Positions 12,560-22,970 of a DNA stretch of 64,000 nucleotides are shown here, one piece after another. The translations under genes were made by a program, and so were the position numbers. The notes under the pieces were generated by a model. It did not search any database, was not told the origin of the DNA, and saw nothing but the letters and a program-made list of their open reading frames with translations. Source of the stretch: Spirochaetia bacterium. GTDB taxonomy: Bacteria > Spirochaetota > Spirochaetia > SZUA-6 > Bin103. The stretch lies in the NCBI GenBank assembly GCA_965203055.1, contig OZ241863.1:2368001-2432000 (forward strand), written 5' to 3'. Each line of letters starts with the position of its first letter. The first letter of the stretch is position 1.

Positions 12560-13939
12560 CTAGCGGCCCGCTCCCGGGCGCAGCGCCTCCGCGCCGGCCC
12601 GCACCTGCGCGGCGTGGGCGCGCAGCAGTTCGGCGAGCCGCGCCACGAGCCCCGCGGCGTCTCCCATTCGACAGCGGCCGCGGCTCACTTCCGCGCCGCG
12701 GATCTTCAGCGCGTACTCCGCCGGCGCCAACTGCAGGTTGTCGGTAACGAGCACCTGCGGCACCGGCGCGGCCCACTCCTCTGCCAGCCGCGCGCGCAGC
12801 CGGCCAATGCGATCCAGCAAGTCCCGGCCTTGCCGGCCCTCGGTCATCGCCACCAGCGCGTACCCCAGCTCCAGCGCCAGCGGTTCCGGCGCCGGGTCCG
12901 CTTCGTCCGCCGCGTCCGCTTCGCCCTCCGCGTCCGGCGCCTCGGCCGGGCCGCCGCGGGCGCGGCCCACGGCGTAGCCCAAGGCCGCCACCGCCGCCGC
13001 CAGGGGCAGCAGCAGATGCGGCGGAAAGCCGGGCAGCAGCGCCAACACGGCGAGAAATCCGCCGGTGAGGTAGAACGGACGGTCGCTGGATGCGAGCTGA
13101 CGCGCGGCGTCGCTGCCAAACGAGGCGCCGGACACCGCGCGGGTGACGACGATGCCGGTGGCGGTGGCGATCAGCAGCGCGGGAAGCTGCGTTACCAGGC
13201 CGTCGCCGATGGTGAGCGAGACGTAGGTCTGCGCCGCCGCCGCCAGCGGCTCGCCATGCACGCTCACGCCCATGATCAGCCCGCCGCCGAGATTGATCAG
13301 GGTAATGAGGATGGCCACCCGGACGCTGCCTGACACGAACTTCGAAGCGCCGTCCATGGCGCCGTAGAAGTCGCTTTGCAGTTGCAGCTCCTGCTTGCGC
13401 CGCCGCGCTTGCGCCTCGGTCAGCAGGCCGGCGTGATACTCCGCGTCGATGGCCATCTGCCGAGCCGGCAGCGCGTCGAGAGCGAAGCGCGCCGCGACCT
13501 CCGCTACCCGCGTGGATCCCTTGGTGATCACGACGAACTGCACCGCGATGATGATGGTGAAGATGATCAGGCCGATCAGGTAGCCGGCAATGCCGGACGC
13601 CCCCACGACGAAGCTGCCGAAGGCGCGCACGATGCGGCCGTCGAACGCCGCCCCCTGGGTCAGGATGAGCCGGGTGGAGGACACGTTGAGGGCGAGGCCG
13701 AATACGGTGACCAGGAGCAGCATGGTGGGAAACGCCGTGAACTCCAGGGTATTGCGGGCCTGCAGCACGATCAGAATCACCAGCAGGCTGAAGCAGATGT
13801 TGAGCAGCATGCCCAGGTCCAGGAGCACCGCCGGCAAGGGCACGAGCAGCATCAGCACCGCGGCGCACACGAACACCGCCACCAGCACCTCGCCGCGCTG
13901 CTGCCAGCGCTCCCCGGGGGCGCGCTTCATGCCGGTCAT
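12560..13939 (-). CDS. flhA: Flagellar export gate protein FlhA with shortened cytoplasmic domain (459 aa)
   Basis: FTAFPTMLL, LNVSSTRLIL, RVAEVAARFALDA, DFYGAMDGASKFV, LTIGDGLVTQLPALL; ATG overlaps flhB stop (ATGA). Confidence 0.93.
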   Translation of the reverse strand: MTGMKRAPGERWQQRGEVLVAVFVCAAVLMLLVPLPAVLLDLGMLLNICFSLLVILIVLQARNTLEFTAFPTMLLLVTVFGLALNVSSTRLILTQGAAFDGRIVRAFGSFVVGASGIAGYLIGLIIFTIIIAVQFVVITKGSTRVAEVAARFALDALPARQMAIDAEYHAGLLTEAQARRRKQELQLQSDFYGAMDGASKFVSGSVRVAILITLINLGGGLIMGVSVHGEPLAAAAQTYVSLTIGDGLVTQLPALLIATATGIVVTRAVSGASFGSDAARQLASSDRPFYLTGGFLAVLALLPGFPPHLLLPLAAAVAALGYAVGRARGGPAEAPDAEGEADAADEADPAPEPLALELGYALVAMTEGRQGRDLLDRIGRLRARLAEEWAAPVPQVLVTDNLQLAPAEYALKIRGAEVSRGRCRMGDAAGLVARLAELLRAHAAQVRAGAEALRPGAGR

Positions 13940-15039
13940 GGCGCCCCTCCCGGGCCGCGGCGCTGCAGTTCGGCCAGAATTGCCGCGGCCGGCCGGTAGC
14001 ACGCCGCGGGAATGGGATCGCCGACCGCGGACGCGTGCCACAGCGCCTCGGCCAGCGGCTGCCGCTCCACGACGGCCACGCCGTTGACCGCGGCCAGGGC
14101 GCGGATTCGGCGCGCGCCGTCCCCCGCCCCCTTGGCCACGACCACCGGCGCCGGCATGGCGGCGGCGTCCCACCGCAGCGCCACCGCCCGGCGCCGGCCA
14201 TCGGCAATCACCACGTCGGCCGCCGCCACCTGCGCGCCCATGGTGCGGCCAAGCAGCTCGCGCATCCGCGCCCGCAGCCGCGCGCGCACCGCCGGGTCGC
14301 CCTCCTGCCGGCGCCGCTCCTCGCGCAGCTGGCGCGGCGCCACGCGCAGCCGGAGGTGAAGCCGGTAGCGCCGGAACGAGTAGTCGAGCAGGGCCAGCGC
14401 CAGGAGCGCCGCCGCCGCCTGGCTGCCGCTGCGCAGCGCCGCGCGCGCCAGCGCGGCGCCGCCCGCGGCCAGCGGCGCGCCGGGCAGCCGCTCCAGTACC
14501 GCGCCGACGGCGGCCACCGCAATGGCGCCGATGACCGCCACCTTGAGCAGCTCCTTGACGAGGTTGAAGGCCGCCTCGACCGAGCAGGCGCGGCGCGCGA
14601 AGCGGCTCCAACGCGGCGCCACCCGGCCGGCGTCCGGCATGATCGCGCGCGGCGCAAGCCGCACTCCCCCTTGCGCCAGGTGGCCGCCGGCCGCCGCGGC
14701 CAGGCCGAACGCCGCCACCGGCCACGCCAGCCGCATGACGTGGCCGAGCGCGGCCCCTGCGGCCGCGCCCGATGCGGCCGCGGCGCCCTCCGGCGACCCT
14801 GCCGCGGCCAGGAACTGGCCCATCACGGAACCGGCCGCGGCCCACAGCGAGGCGCCGAGCAGCGCCAGGGCGGCCACGCCGCCAAGCAGCGCCAGGGCGG
14901 CCGGCAGCTCCGCCGAGCGCGCCACCATGCCGGCCTCCCGCGCCGCGCGCCGGCGCCGCGCGCCGGGCGGTTCGGTGCCCTCAACGTCGGGGGCGGCAAA
15001 CCACTGCAGGTGGACCTGCGCGAAGCCGCTTGACCTCAC
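13936..15039 (-). CDS. flhB: Divergent flagellar export protein FlhB (NPTH motif lost)
   Basis: HLQWFAA..TEP, EGDPAVRAR, ADVVI...AVAL, APVVVAKG, PLAEAL; lies between fliR and flhA. Confidence 0.9.
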   Translation of the reverse strand: MRSSGFAQVHLQWFAAPDVEGTEPPGARRRRAAREAGMVARSAELPAALALLGGVAALALLGASLWAAAGSVMGQFLAAAGSPEGAAAASGAAAGAALGHVMRLAWPVAAFGLAAAAGGHLAQGGVRLAPRAIMPDAGRVAPRWSRFARRACSVEAAFNLVKELLKVAVIGAIAVAAVGAVLERLPGAPLAAGGAALARAALRSGSQAAAALLALALLDYSFRRYRLHLRLRVAPRQLREERRRQEGDPAVRARLRARMRELLGRTMGAQVAAADVVIADGRRRAVALRWDAAAMPAPVVVAKGAGDGARRIRALAAVNGVAVVERQPLAEALWHASAVGDPIPAACYRPAAAILAELQRRGPGGAP

Positions 15040-15881
15040 GGCGCCGCCCCCGGGGCCGCCGCCGCGGCCGCGCGCAGCGCCGCAAGCAGCCGGCGCAGGT
15101 CGACGAATCCCGCGTCGATCACGGCCGCGGCGGCGTCGAGCAGCGCCGGCAGACCGAGCAGCAGGATCACCAGTCCGGCGCCGAGCGAAACCGGCAGGCC
15201 GAGCAGCAACAGGTTCGCGTGCGGCGCGGCCTTGGCCAGCAGCGCCAGCGCGACCGACACCATCAGCAACGCGCCGAAGATTGGCAGAGCGATGGTCAGC
15301 GCCGCGCTGAACAGCCGCGCCAAGCTGCCGGCGGCGCGCTGCAACAGGACTCCGGCGCCGCGCGCCGCGCCGGCCTCCAGGCCGATCACCAGATCGGCGG
15401 CCAGCACGCTCTGGAACGAGCCCGCCACGCCGGTCAGCAGCAGGCGGTGCAACCCGCCGACCGCGAGGAACACCAGCAACGCCAGCAGCGAGAACAACTG
15501 CCCCAGCATCGGGGACTGGTGTCCGGCCACCGGATCGAACGACTCCGCCACCCCGAAGCCGATCGGCAGCGCGATGAACTGCCCGGCCAGCCGCAAGGCC
15601 GCGAACGCCAGGTACACCAGAAAGCCCAGCAGTACCCCGAGCAGCGCCTCGCCGATCAGGAGCAACCCGTACTGCACGCCGGAGGCCGGCAGCGGATACC
15701 CGGCCGCGATGACCCCGGGCAGCGCGATCATGGCAATGAACAGGGCCAGGCCGATCTTGCCCACCTGGGGAATCGCGCGCGACGACAGCAGCGGCGCGAC
15801 CTGGATCATGGCGAGCACGCGCGCCAGCACCAGAAGGCCGACTCCCAGATCGTCGAGCAGGCTGCGGATCATGCCGGTCAT
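15036..15881 (-). CDS. fliR: Flagellar export protein FliR
   Basis: ARVLAMIQVAPLL, GEALLG, AGQFIALPIGFG..FDP, KAAPHANL. Confidence 0.92.
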   Translation of the reverse strand: MTGMIRSLLDDLGVGLLVLARVLAMIQVAPLLSSRAIPQVGKIGLALFIAMIALPGVIAAGYPLPASGVQYGLLLIGEALLGVLLGFLVYLAFAALRLAGQFIALPIGFGVAESFDPVAGHQSPMLGQLFSLLALLVFLAVGGLHRLLLTGVAGSFQSVLAADLVIGLEAGAARGAGVLLQRAAGSLARLFSAALTIALPIFGALLMVSVALALLAKAAPHANLLLLGLPVSLGAGLVILLLGLPALLDAAAAVIDAGFVDLRRLLAALRAAAAAAPGAAP

Positions 15882-16159
15882 CGCGCCAGCCCCGGGATCT
15901 GCTCGAACAGCCGCCGCGTGAAGTCCAGCATGGAGCCGCCGAGCCAGGGTCCCAGCAGCAGCGCGGCTCCGAGGACCGCGAAGATCTTCGGGACGAAGGT
16001 GAGCGTCTGTTCCTGGATCGAGGTGACCGCCTGCAGCACCGAAATCACCAGCCCGACCAGCACGCTGACCAGCAGCAGCGGCCCGGCCATCATCACCAGT
16101 TGCAGCACGCCTTCCTGGGCCAGCGCCGCAACCGCGCCCAACGTCATGCCCGCGCTCAC
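15878..16159 (-). CDS. fliQ: Flagellar export protein FliQ
   Basis: GLVISVLQAVTSIQEQTLTFVPK. Confidence 0.96.
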   Translation of the reverse strand: MSAGMTLGAVAALAQEGVLQLVMMAGPLLLVSVLVGLVISVLQAVTSIQEQTLTFVPKIFAVLGAALLLGPWLGGSMLDFTRRLFEQIPGLAR

Positions 16160-16992
16160 CGAAAGCTGCCGATCACCTGCATGGTGAGCAGGTCCCAGCC
16201 GTCCACCAGCACGAACAGGACCAGCTTGAACGGCAGCGAAATCAGCACCGGCGGCAACACGATGATGCCCATCGAGATCAGGGTGGTCGCCACCACCAGG
16301 TCGATGATGACGAACGGAATGAAGATCAGCACCCCGATCTTGAACGCAACCGTGAGCTCATGGAGGATGAACGCCGGAATCAGAATGTAGGTCGGTACGT
16401 CGGCGCGGGTGTTCGGTTTCGGCAGCTCGCGCAGGTGCATGAACAGCCGGATGTTGTCGGCGTCGTCGCCGAGCTGCCGGAACATGAATTCGCGCACCGG
16501 CCGTTCGGCGCGCTGCAGCAGTTGGGCGCCGTCCAGCTCGCCGCGGGTGTAGGGCTGCAGCGCGTCGCGGTCGATCGCCTCGAAAGTGGGCCACATGATG
16601 AACGCGGTCAGAAACAGCGCTATCCCCGCCAGCACCTGATTGGGCGGCATCTCCTGCAGCGACAGCGCCCGTTTGACGAAGTGGAACACGATGGCCAAAC
16701 GCAGGAACGAGGTGGTCAGAATCATGATGGCGGGCGCCAGGGAAAGCACCGCCAGGAGCAACAGGAGCTGCAGCGACAGCACCAGTTCGCGGTTGGACTG
16801 CGCCTCGCGCAACGAAAGATCCAGGAACGGAATGGCGGGCGCGTCGCCGCGGCCCGGCGCCGCGGACTGGGCCGCGGCCGGGAGCGGTCCGAGCAGCGCC
16901 GCGGCCGCCAGCGCCGCGGCGCCGAGCAGGCGGCGGGCGACCGGGCGCGCGCGCCGGCGCGCAGCCATGGCGCGGCTAGTCCGCGGCACCAT
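16156..16992 (-). CDS. fliP: Flagellar export protein FliP
   Basis: LTTSFLR, PPNQVLAGIALFLT, LIPAFILHELTVAFKIG, ISLPFKLVLFVLVDGW. Start may be ATG 16968. Confidence 0.97.
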   Translation of the reverse strand: MVPRTSRAMAARRRARPVARRLLGAAALAAAALLGPLPAAAQSAAPGRGDAPAIPFLDLSLREAQSNRELVLSLQLLLLLAVLSLAPAIMILTTSFLRLAIVFHFVKRALSLQEMPPNQVLAGIALFLTAFIMWPTFEAIDRDALQPYTRGELDGAQLLQRAERPVREFMFRQLGDDADNIRLFMHLRELPKPNTRADVPTYILIPAFILHELTVAFKIGVLIFIPFVIIDLVVATTLISMGIIVLPPVLISLPFKLVLFVLVDGWDLLTMQVIGSFR

Positions 16993-17566
16993 CTTCCTCT
17001 TGTTGCGGGCGCCGGCGCAGGCGCTGCAGACGCTCCTGCTGGTGGCGCAGGAAGGCGGCGGGCGACCGGCTGCCGGGCGCGCGCGGCGCGGCGCCCGCGG
17101 CCGCGAGCAGGTCGGAAAAGCGCGGCCCCGCGCCGTTGCGGTGGGAGTGGTCCGGGGCGGGCGCGGCGCCGTCGTCCGCGGGCGTGACTTGCGCGATCAG
17201 ATTGAGAGCTTGATCGGTCGCCCCCACCAGGTACACGCCGCTTCCCACCTGCACCAGGTGCAGGCTGCGGCTGCCGCCGAGGGAACGGGAACCGAGCAGC
17301 GTGATACCGGCGCCGTCACCGTCCCGCACCCGCGCGGCGCGCTTGATGAACAGGAACAGCAGGTAGACCGCGCCCAGCACCGCGGCGAGCACCACCACCA
17401 TGCGCACGAAGTCGCCGGTGGAGACCGCCGCCGGCCGCGCCGCCGCGGCGCCCGCTTCGGCGGCGCCCGGCAGCGGCGTAAGGTCGGACTGCGGCGCCGC
17501 CTCCTGGGCAGCGCCGTCATGCGCTGCGCCCAGCAGCGCTCCGGCCAGCAGCAGGGCGCCCGCCAT
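16976..17566 (-). CDS. fliO: FliO/FliZ-like flagellar biogenesis protein
   Basis: TM helix then LLGSRSLGGSRSLHLVQVGSGVYLVGATD; between fliN and fliP. Start uncertain. Confidence 0.8.
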   Translation of the reverse strand: MAGALLLAGALLGAAHDGAAQEAAPQSDLTPLPGAAEAGAAAARPAAVSTGDFVRMVVVLAAVLGAVYLLFLFIKRAARVRDGDGAGITLLGSRSLGGSRSLHLVQVGSGVYLVGATDQALNLIAQVTPADDGAAPAPDHSHRNGAGPRFSDLLAAAGAAPRAPGSRSPAAFLRHQQERLQRLRRRPQQEEDGAAD

Positions 17567-17716
17567 TGGTATGTGTGTCCGCCGCGCGCGCCTCGCCGGC
17601 GCGCCGCGGTGTGCTGCAGTGTACAGGTTGTTCCCCTCCCAGGAACGTAGCCGAACCACGCTCAAACACCAGTAATCCCGTGCGGCCCCTTCAGTCAGCC
17701 GCCCGGTTCTTCAGAA

Positions 17717-18124
17717 TCAGCCCTCCGCTGCCGCCGCATGCTCCCCGGGCGCCGCCGGCGGTTCCGCGCGGCCCACGATCTCGGTCACGCGCACGCCGAA
17801 GTTGTCATCGACGATCACCACCTCGCCGCGCGCGATCGGTTTGTGGTTCACCAGAATCGCCACCGGTTCACCGGCGAGCTGGTCCAGTTCGATCACCGCT
17901 CCCTCGTTCACCTCGAGCACCTCGCGGATGGTCCGCGTGGTGCTCCCCAGCTCCACCGTCACGCGCAGGTCCACGTCCAGCAGCAGGCCGATGTTCGCCT
18001 GCCCCGAGCCGCTGCCCGGCGCCTGCTCCAGGGTGGGAAGCCGCACCGGCCTGACCTCCGCCGCGGAAGGGGCGGACGCCGCGGGCGCGGCGGGTGCCGC
18101 GGCGGCAGTCGGGCTGCCGCTCAC
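17717..18124 (-). CDS. fliN: C-ring protein FliN (SPOA domain only)
   Basis: NIGLLLDVDLRVTVELG, IELDQLAGEPV, IARGEVVIVDDNFGVRVTEI. Confidence 0.95.
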   Translation of the reverse strand: MSGSPTAAAAPAAPAASAPSAAEVRPVRLPTLEQAPGSGSGQANIGLLLDVDLRVTVELGSTTRTIREVLEVNEGAVIELDQLAGEPVAILVNHKPIARGEVVIVDDNFGVRVTEIVGRAEPPAAPGEHAAAAEG

Positions 18125-19134
18125 TGCGCTGCCTCCGCCGCGCCGGCGAGCGGCTGCGCGACCTGGACCGCGCGCCGCTTCCCGACCACCCCCGGCCGGC
18201 AGCGAAACACCGGGTGACCGCCGACCTTCAGGAGCAACTCATCACCCGGCCGCCGGTCGTCGAGACGAATCAGGTCGCCTTTCCGCAACGCCAGGATGCG
18301 CGGCAGGGGCAGCCGCGCGCTGCCGATCTCGGCGCTGATGGGAACCCTCACCCCCTGCAATGCCGCGTGCAGCGCCGCGCGGCGCCCGACCGGCTGCGGC
18401 GCGGCGGGGCGCGGATGCGGGACGCCGCGCGGACGCGGGACGCCGCGCGGGCGAATCGACTTCAGCGTGAGGCAGGGGATGGCTACCTGCATCTCGCCGG
18501 CGGCGCGGCCAATGGAGGCGCTGAACGCGACCCGCACCAGCATCCCCGCCGGCGCGGCCGCCGCCGCGTCGCCGCGCCCCCCGCAGTACGCCAGCCGCGG
18601 CCGGAGCCGCGCCACCGGCTGCCAGGCCGACTGCAGATGAGGCAGCAGGCCGGCGATGCGGTTGCGCAGCACCGAATGCTCGATCTCGCTCAGTTCGCGC
18701 GCCGGCACGCTCGGCGCGCCCCGGCCTCCCAGGAGGCGGTCGAGCAGGGCGAAGGCCAGCCGCTGGTCGACCGCCAGCAGCGCCACGCCCGCCAGAGGAT
18801 CCAGCGCTACGCCGGCCAGCGCGACGGCCCGGGGCAGCCAGGCGCGGAACTGATCGGCGGTGATCTGCGCTACGGAGTGCGGGTGGAGCTCGACCTGGGC
18901 GCGGGTATGGTTGGCAAGGGATTCGGCTGCCAGGCGGGCGAACGTTTCATGCACTGCGGCCACCGCGGCCACCTGCTCGCGTGACAGGCGCCCGGCGAAC
19001 CCGAAGTCATAGCCCCCGATCCGAACACCGGAACGGTCATCAGCGCCCGCGGCGGCCCGGTTCCGCGCCGCCGCGCTGCCTCCGGCAGCGGCCGGCGGCG
19101 CAACCTGGCCGCGGCTCGAACCCGCATCACCCAC
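18121..19134 (-). CDS. fliM: Divergent C-ring protein FliM
   Basis: YDF...LSREQV...HETFARL, DRLLGGRG, RELSEIE, C-terminal SPOA (LRKGDLIRLD). GTG 19134 has a GGAGG SD; ATG 19311 is an alternative. Confidence 0.88.
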   Translation of the reverse strand: MGDAGSSRGQVAPPAAAGGSAAARNRAAAGADDRSGVRIGGYDFGFAGRLSREQVAAVAAVHETFARLAAESLANHTRAQVELHPHSVAQITADQFRAWLPRAVALAGVALDPLAGVALLAVDQRLAFALLDRLLGGRGAPSVPARELSEIEHSVLRNRIAGLLPHLQSAWQPVARLRPRLAYCGGRGDAAAAAPAGMLVRVAFSASIGRAAGEMQVAIPCLTLKSIRPRGVPRPRGVPHPRPAAPQPVGRRAALHAALQGVRVPISAEIGSARLPLPRILALRKGDLIRLDDRRPGDELLLKVGGHPVFRCRPGVVGKRRAVQVAQPLAGAAEAAQ

Positions 19135-19249
19135 GCGCTCCCTCCCCAGTAGCGGCCGGCGCGCTGCCCGGTTCCAAGGGCGGGGAACCTGCGGCGCCGG
19201 CCTCACCCCGGCGCCCGCCGCGTGGGGCAGCGTGGCCGGGTCGGGCTCC

Positions 19250-19278
19250 ACGTTACGGCAATGTGGAAAAAGGTGCAA
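19250..19278 (-). promoter_or_regulatory. Putative internal sigma70 promoter upstream of fliM
   Basis: TTGCAC(19278-19273)-17-TAACGT(19255-19250) in an AT-richer patch. Confidence 0.45.
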
Positions 19279-19310
19279 GCCGCCGCCGCGGGCGCCGCGG
19301 GCGCCGGCCA

Positions 19311-20882
19311 TTACTTCTCGGCCAGCCACGTGCGCACCGCCCGCGCCGCGTCCGCGGGCCGCTCGCGGGCCAGGCTGGCCGCGTTCCGCTGCATCTCCCT
19401 GGCCCGCAGGTTGTCGGCCTCACGTGCCCGGCCGTTGCGCGCGGCCGCCCGCAACCGCGCCGGGCGCAGGCCGGAGTGGTGCGCCGCGCGCGACCGCCGG
19501 CGCCGGCCCAGCCACCAGGAGAGGGCGGCCACCAGCAGCAGCGCCGCCGCGCCCGCGGCGGCCGGCGGCAGCAGGCGCAGCAACTCGGCCTCGCGCCGCA
19601 GCAGCGCGTCCTCCTGCCGGAACTGGCGCGTGCGGTCGAACTGCAGGTGCTCGACGGTAACCGAGTCGCCGCGCCGCTCGTCCCAGCCGACGGCGCCCTG
19701 GATGAGCAGCGCGGCCTTGCGCAGCTCCTCGGCCGAGACCGGCGTGTATTCCCGCCGCACGCTGCCATCCGCATTCACCACCACCCGGCCGTCCGGCTCG
19801 AAGACCGTCCGCCACACGCCGTCGAGCGCCACGCTCGCGGTGATCCGGTTGATCGCCCACGGGCTCTTCTCGGTGATCGTGCGGCGGTTGACCACTTCGT
19901 TGCGGGCCGCCGAGCCGCGCTCGCGGGCGGCCGGATCGGGCGCGGCTCCGGCCTCGGTAGGCTCCGGCGCCGCGCCGTAGAACGACTCCTGTTCGGTCTG
20001 GTCGGACACGGTGAACTCGGCGGACAGATCGAGATCGATGTCGAGGCGCACGATCTGCACGCGGTCGAGCGTAAAGATGTTGCCCAGCGCGGTCAGGATT
20101 TCGCGCTTGTAGCGCTGCTCCAGGTGATGCTTGGTATCGAGCTGGCGTTCCACCAACGTCATGCGGCCATGCCCGGCAGGGTCCGAGAAGTCGTTCACCT
20201 GCATTCCGCGCGGGTCGAGGATGACGATGTTCTCGGCGCGCAGGCCGGCCACGGCGAACTGCACCAGGCGCTGAACGCCGGCCACCTTCTTGCGATTCTC
20301 CAGGATGTCGGAGCCGGGCCGCGGCGTGATGATGATCGAGGCCGTGGTCGGGTTCTGATCTTCCGCGAACAGCTCGGTTTCGGGCACTACCAGGGTGACG
20401 CGCGCGGCCACGACGTCGTCCAGCGCGGCGATGTGCTGTTCCAGGTTGCGCGTCAGGGCGCGCTGCAGGTTGACGTTGCGCTCGAAGTCGGTAATCGAGA
20501 ACCGGTCCACGTCGAACACGGCGAACGGGTCGGTGCGCGGGGGAATCAGGTCTTCGCGGATCAGGATTGCGCGCAACCGCCGCGCACTGTCCTGATCAGC
20601 GACCAGGATGCGGTTGTCGGGGCCTATTTCGTAGTCCGCGCCTTCCTGGTCGAGGCGGGCGGCGATGCTCAGCAGCGCCTGCTGATCGGCGATCGGCGCC
20701 CCGATCAGGGCCACCGCATGCCGCTCGGCGGGATTCTGGCCCGCGCCGCGGGCGGCGCCCAACAGCGCCAGCACCACGAGCCCGGCGGCGGCGGCCACCA
20801 CCAGCGCTGCCTTCTGAAGCTGAGTCCAACGACCCCACCGGGCGGACGCCTGCTCCCACAGGCGCGCCGAGCGCTCGTTCAT
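19311..20882 (-). CDS. fliF: MS-ring protein FliF (523 aa)
   Basis: ITDFERNVNLQRA, PTTASIIITPRPGSD, GAVGWDERRGDSVTVEHLQFDR, tail ARERPADAARAVRTWL; SD GGGAGG. Confidence 0.93.
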   Translation of the reverse strand: MNERSARLWEQASARWGRWTQLQKAALVVAAAAGLVVLALLGAARGAGQNPAERHAVALIGAPIADQQALLSIAARLDQEGADYEIGPDNRILVADQDSARRLRAILIREDLIPPRTDPFAVFDVDRFSITDFERNVNLQRALTRNLEQHIAALDDVVAARVTLVVPETELFAEDQNPTTASIIITPRPGSDILENRKKVAGVQRLVQFAVAGLRAENIVILDPRGMQVNDFSDPAGHGRMTLVERQLDTKHHLEQRYKREILTALGNIFTLDRVQIVRLDIDLDLSAEFTVSDQTEQESFYGAAPEPTEAGAAPDPAARERGSAARNEVVNRRTITEKSPWAINRITASVALDGVWRTVFEPDGRVVVNADGSVRREYTPVSAEELRKAALLIQGAVGWDERRGDSVTVEHLQFDRTRQFRQEDALLRREAELLRLLPPAAAGAAALLLVAALSWWLGRRRRSRAAHHSGLRPARLRAAARNGRAREADNLRAREMQRNAASLARERPADAARAVRTWLAEK

Positions 20883-21009
20883 GTTCCCCTCCCACCGGTG
20901 CGAAGGCGCACCGGATCCGGAGGGCGGCCGGCTCACGTTGCGCCTGAGTCACGCGCTATCCGTTAACGCACGGATCGACCGTTCCTGTCAACCGCCCGGA
21001 GGTCCGGTT

Positions 21010-22427
<1,418 letters not shown>

Positions 22428-22431
<4 letters not shown>

Positions 22432-22970
22432 GACAGCTCCTCGACGACGATTTCGGAATTGGTGTAGACGCAGATGTCGGCGGCGATGCGCAGCGCCCGC
22501 ACCGCGACGTCGCGCGCGCTCAACGGCGAACTCTCCAGAAACGCCCGCGCCGCGGCCAGCGCGTAGTTGCCGCCCGAGCCGATGGCGATGGCCCCATGGT
22601 CCGGTTCCAGCACGTCGCCGTTGCCGGAAACGAGCAGGGTCTGACGCCGGTCCGCGGCCAGGAGCAGCGCTTCGAGCCGGCGCAGAATGCGGTCCGCGCG
22701 CCAATCGCGCGCCAGCTCCACGCAGGCGCGGGTAAGATCGCCGCCAAACTCCTTCACCTTGCCTTCGAAGCGGTCGAACAGCGTGAAGGCATCCGCGGTA
22801 CCGCCGGCGAAGCCTACCAGGATCGAGCCGTCGGCAACGGTGCGCACCTTGCGCGCGCTGCCCTTCATGATGGTGGCCTCTACGGTCACCTGGCCGTCGC
22901 CGGCCATGGCCACCGCGGCGCCGCGGCGAACGGCTACGATGGTAGTCCCGTGCATGGTGGTGCTCCTCAT
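22428..22970 (-). CDS. hslV: ATP-dependent protease subunit HslV
   Basis: [36 protein letters not shown]. Confidence 0.98.

Noticed and set aside
13310..13345. FlhA KFVSGS instead of KFVxGD as a novel loss of the proton-linked Asp
   Set aside because: As I recall, motile spirochaetes already have a non-acidic residue here, so it is not diagnostic.
17628..17642. 13-mer TGGGAGGGGAACA shared upstream of fliF and fliO
   Set aside because: Mostly a Shine-Dalgarno sequence; may indicate a CTG start for fliO but two copies are too weak to call a motif.
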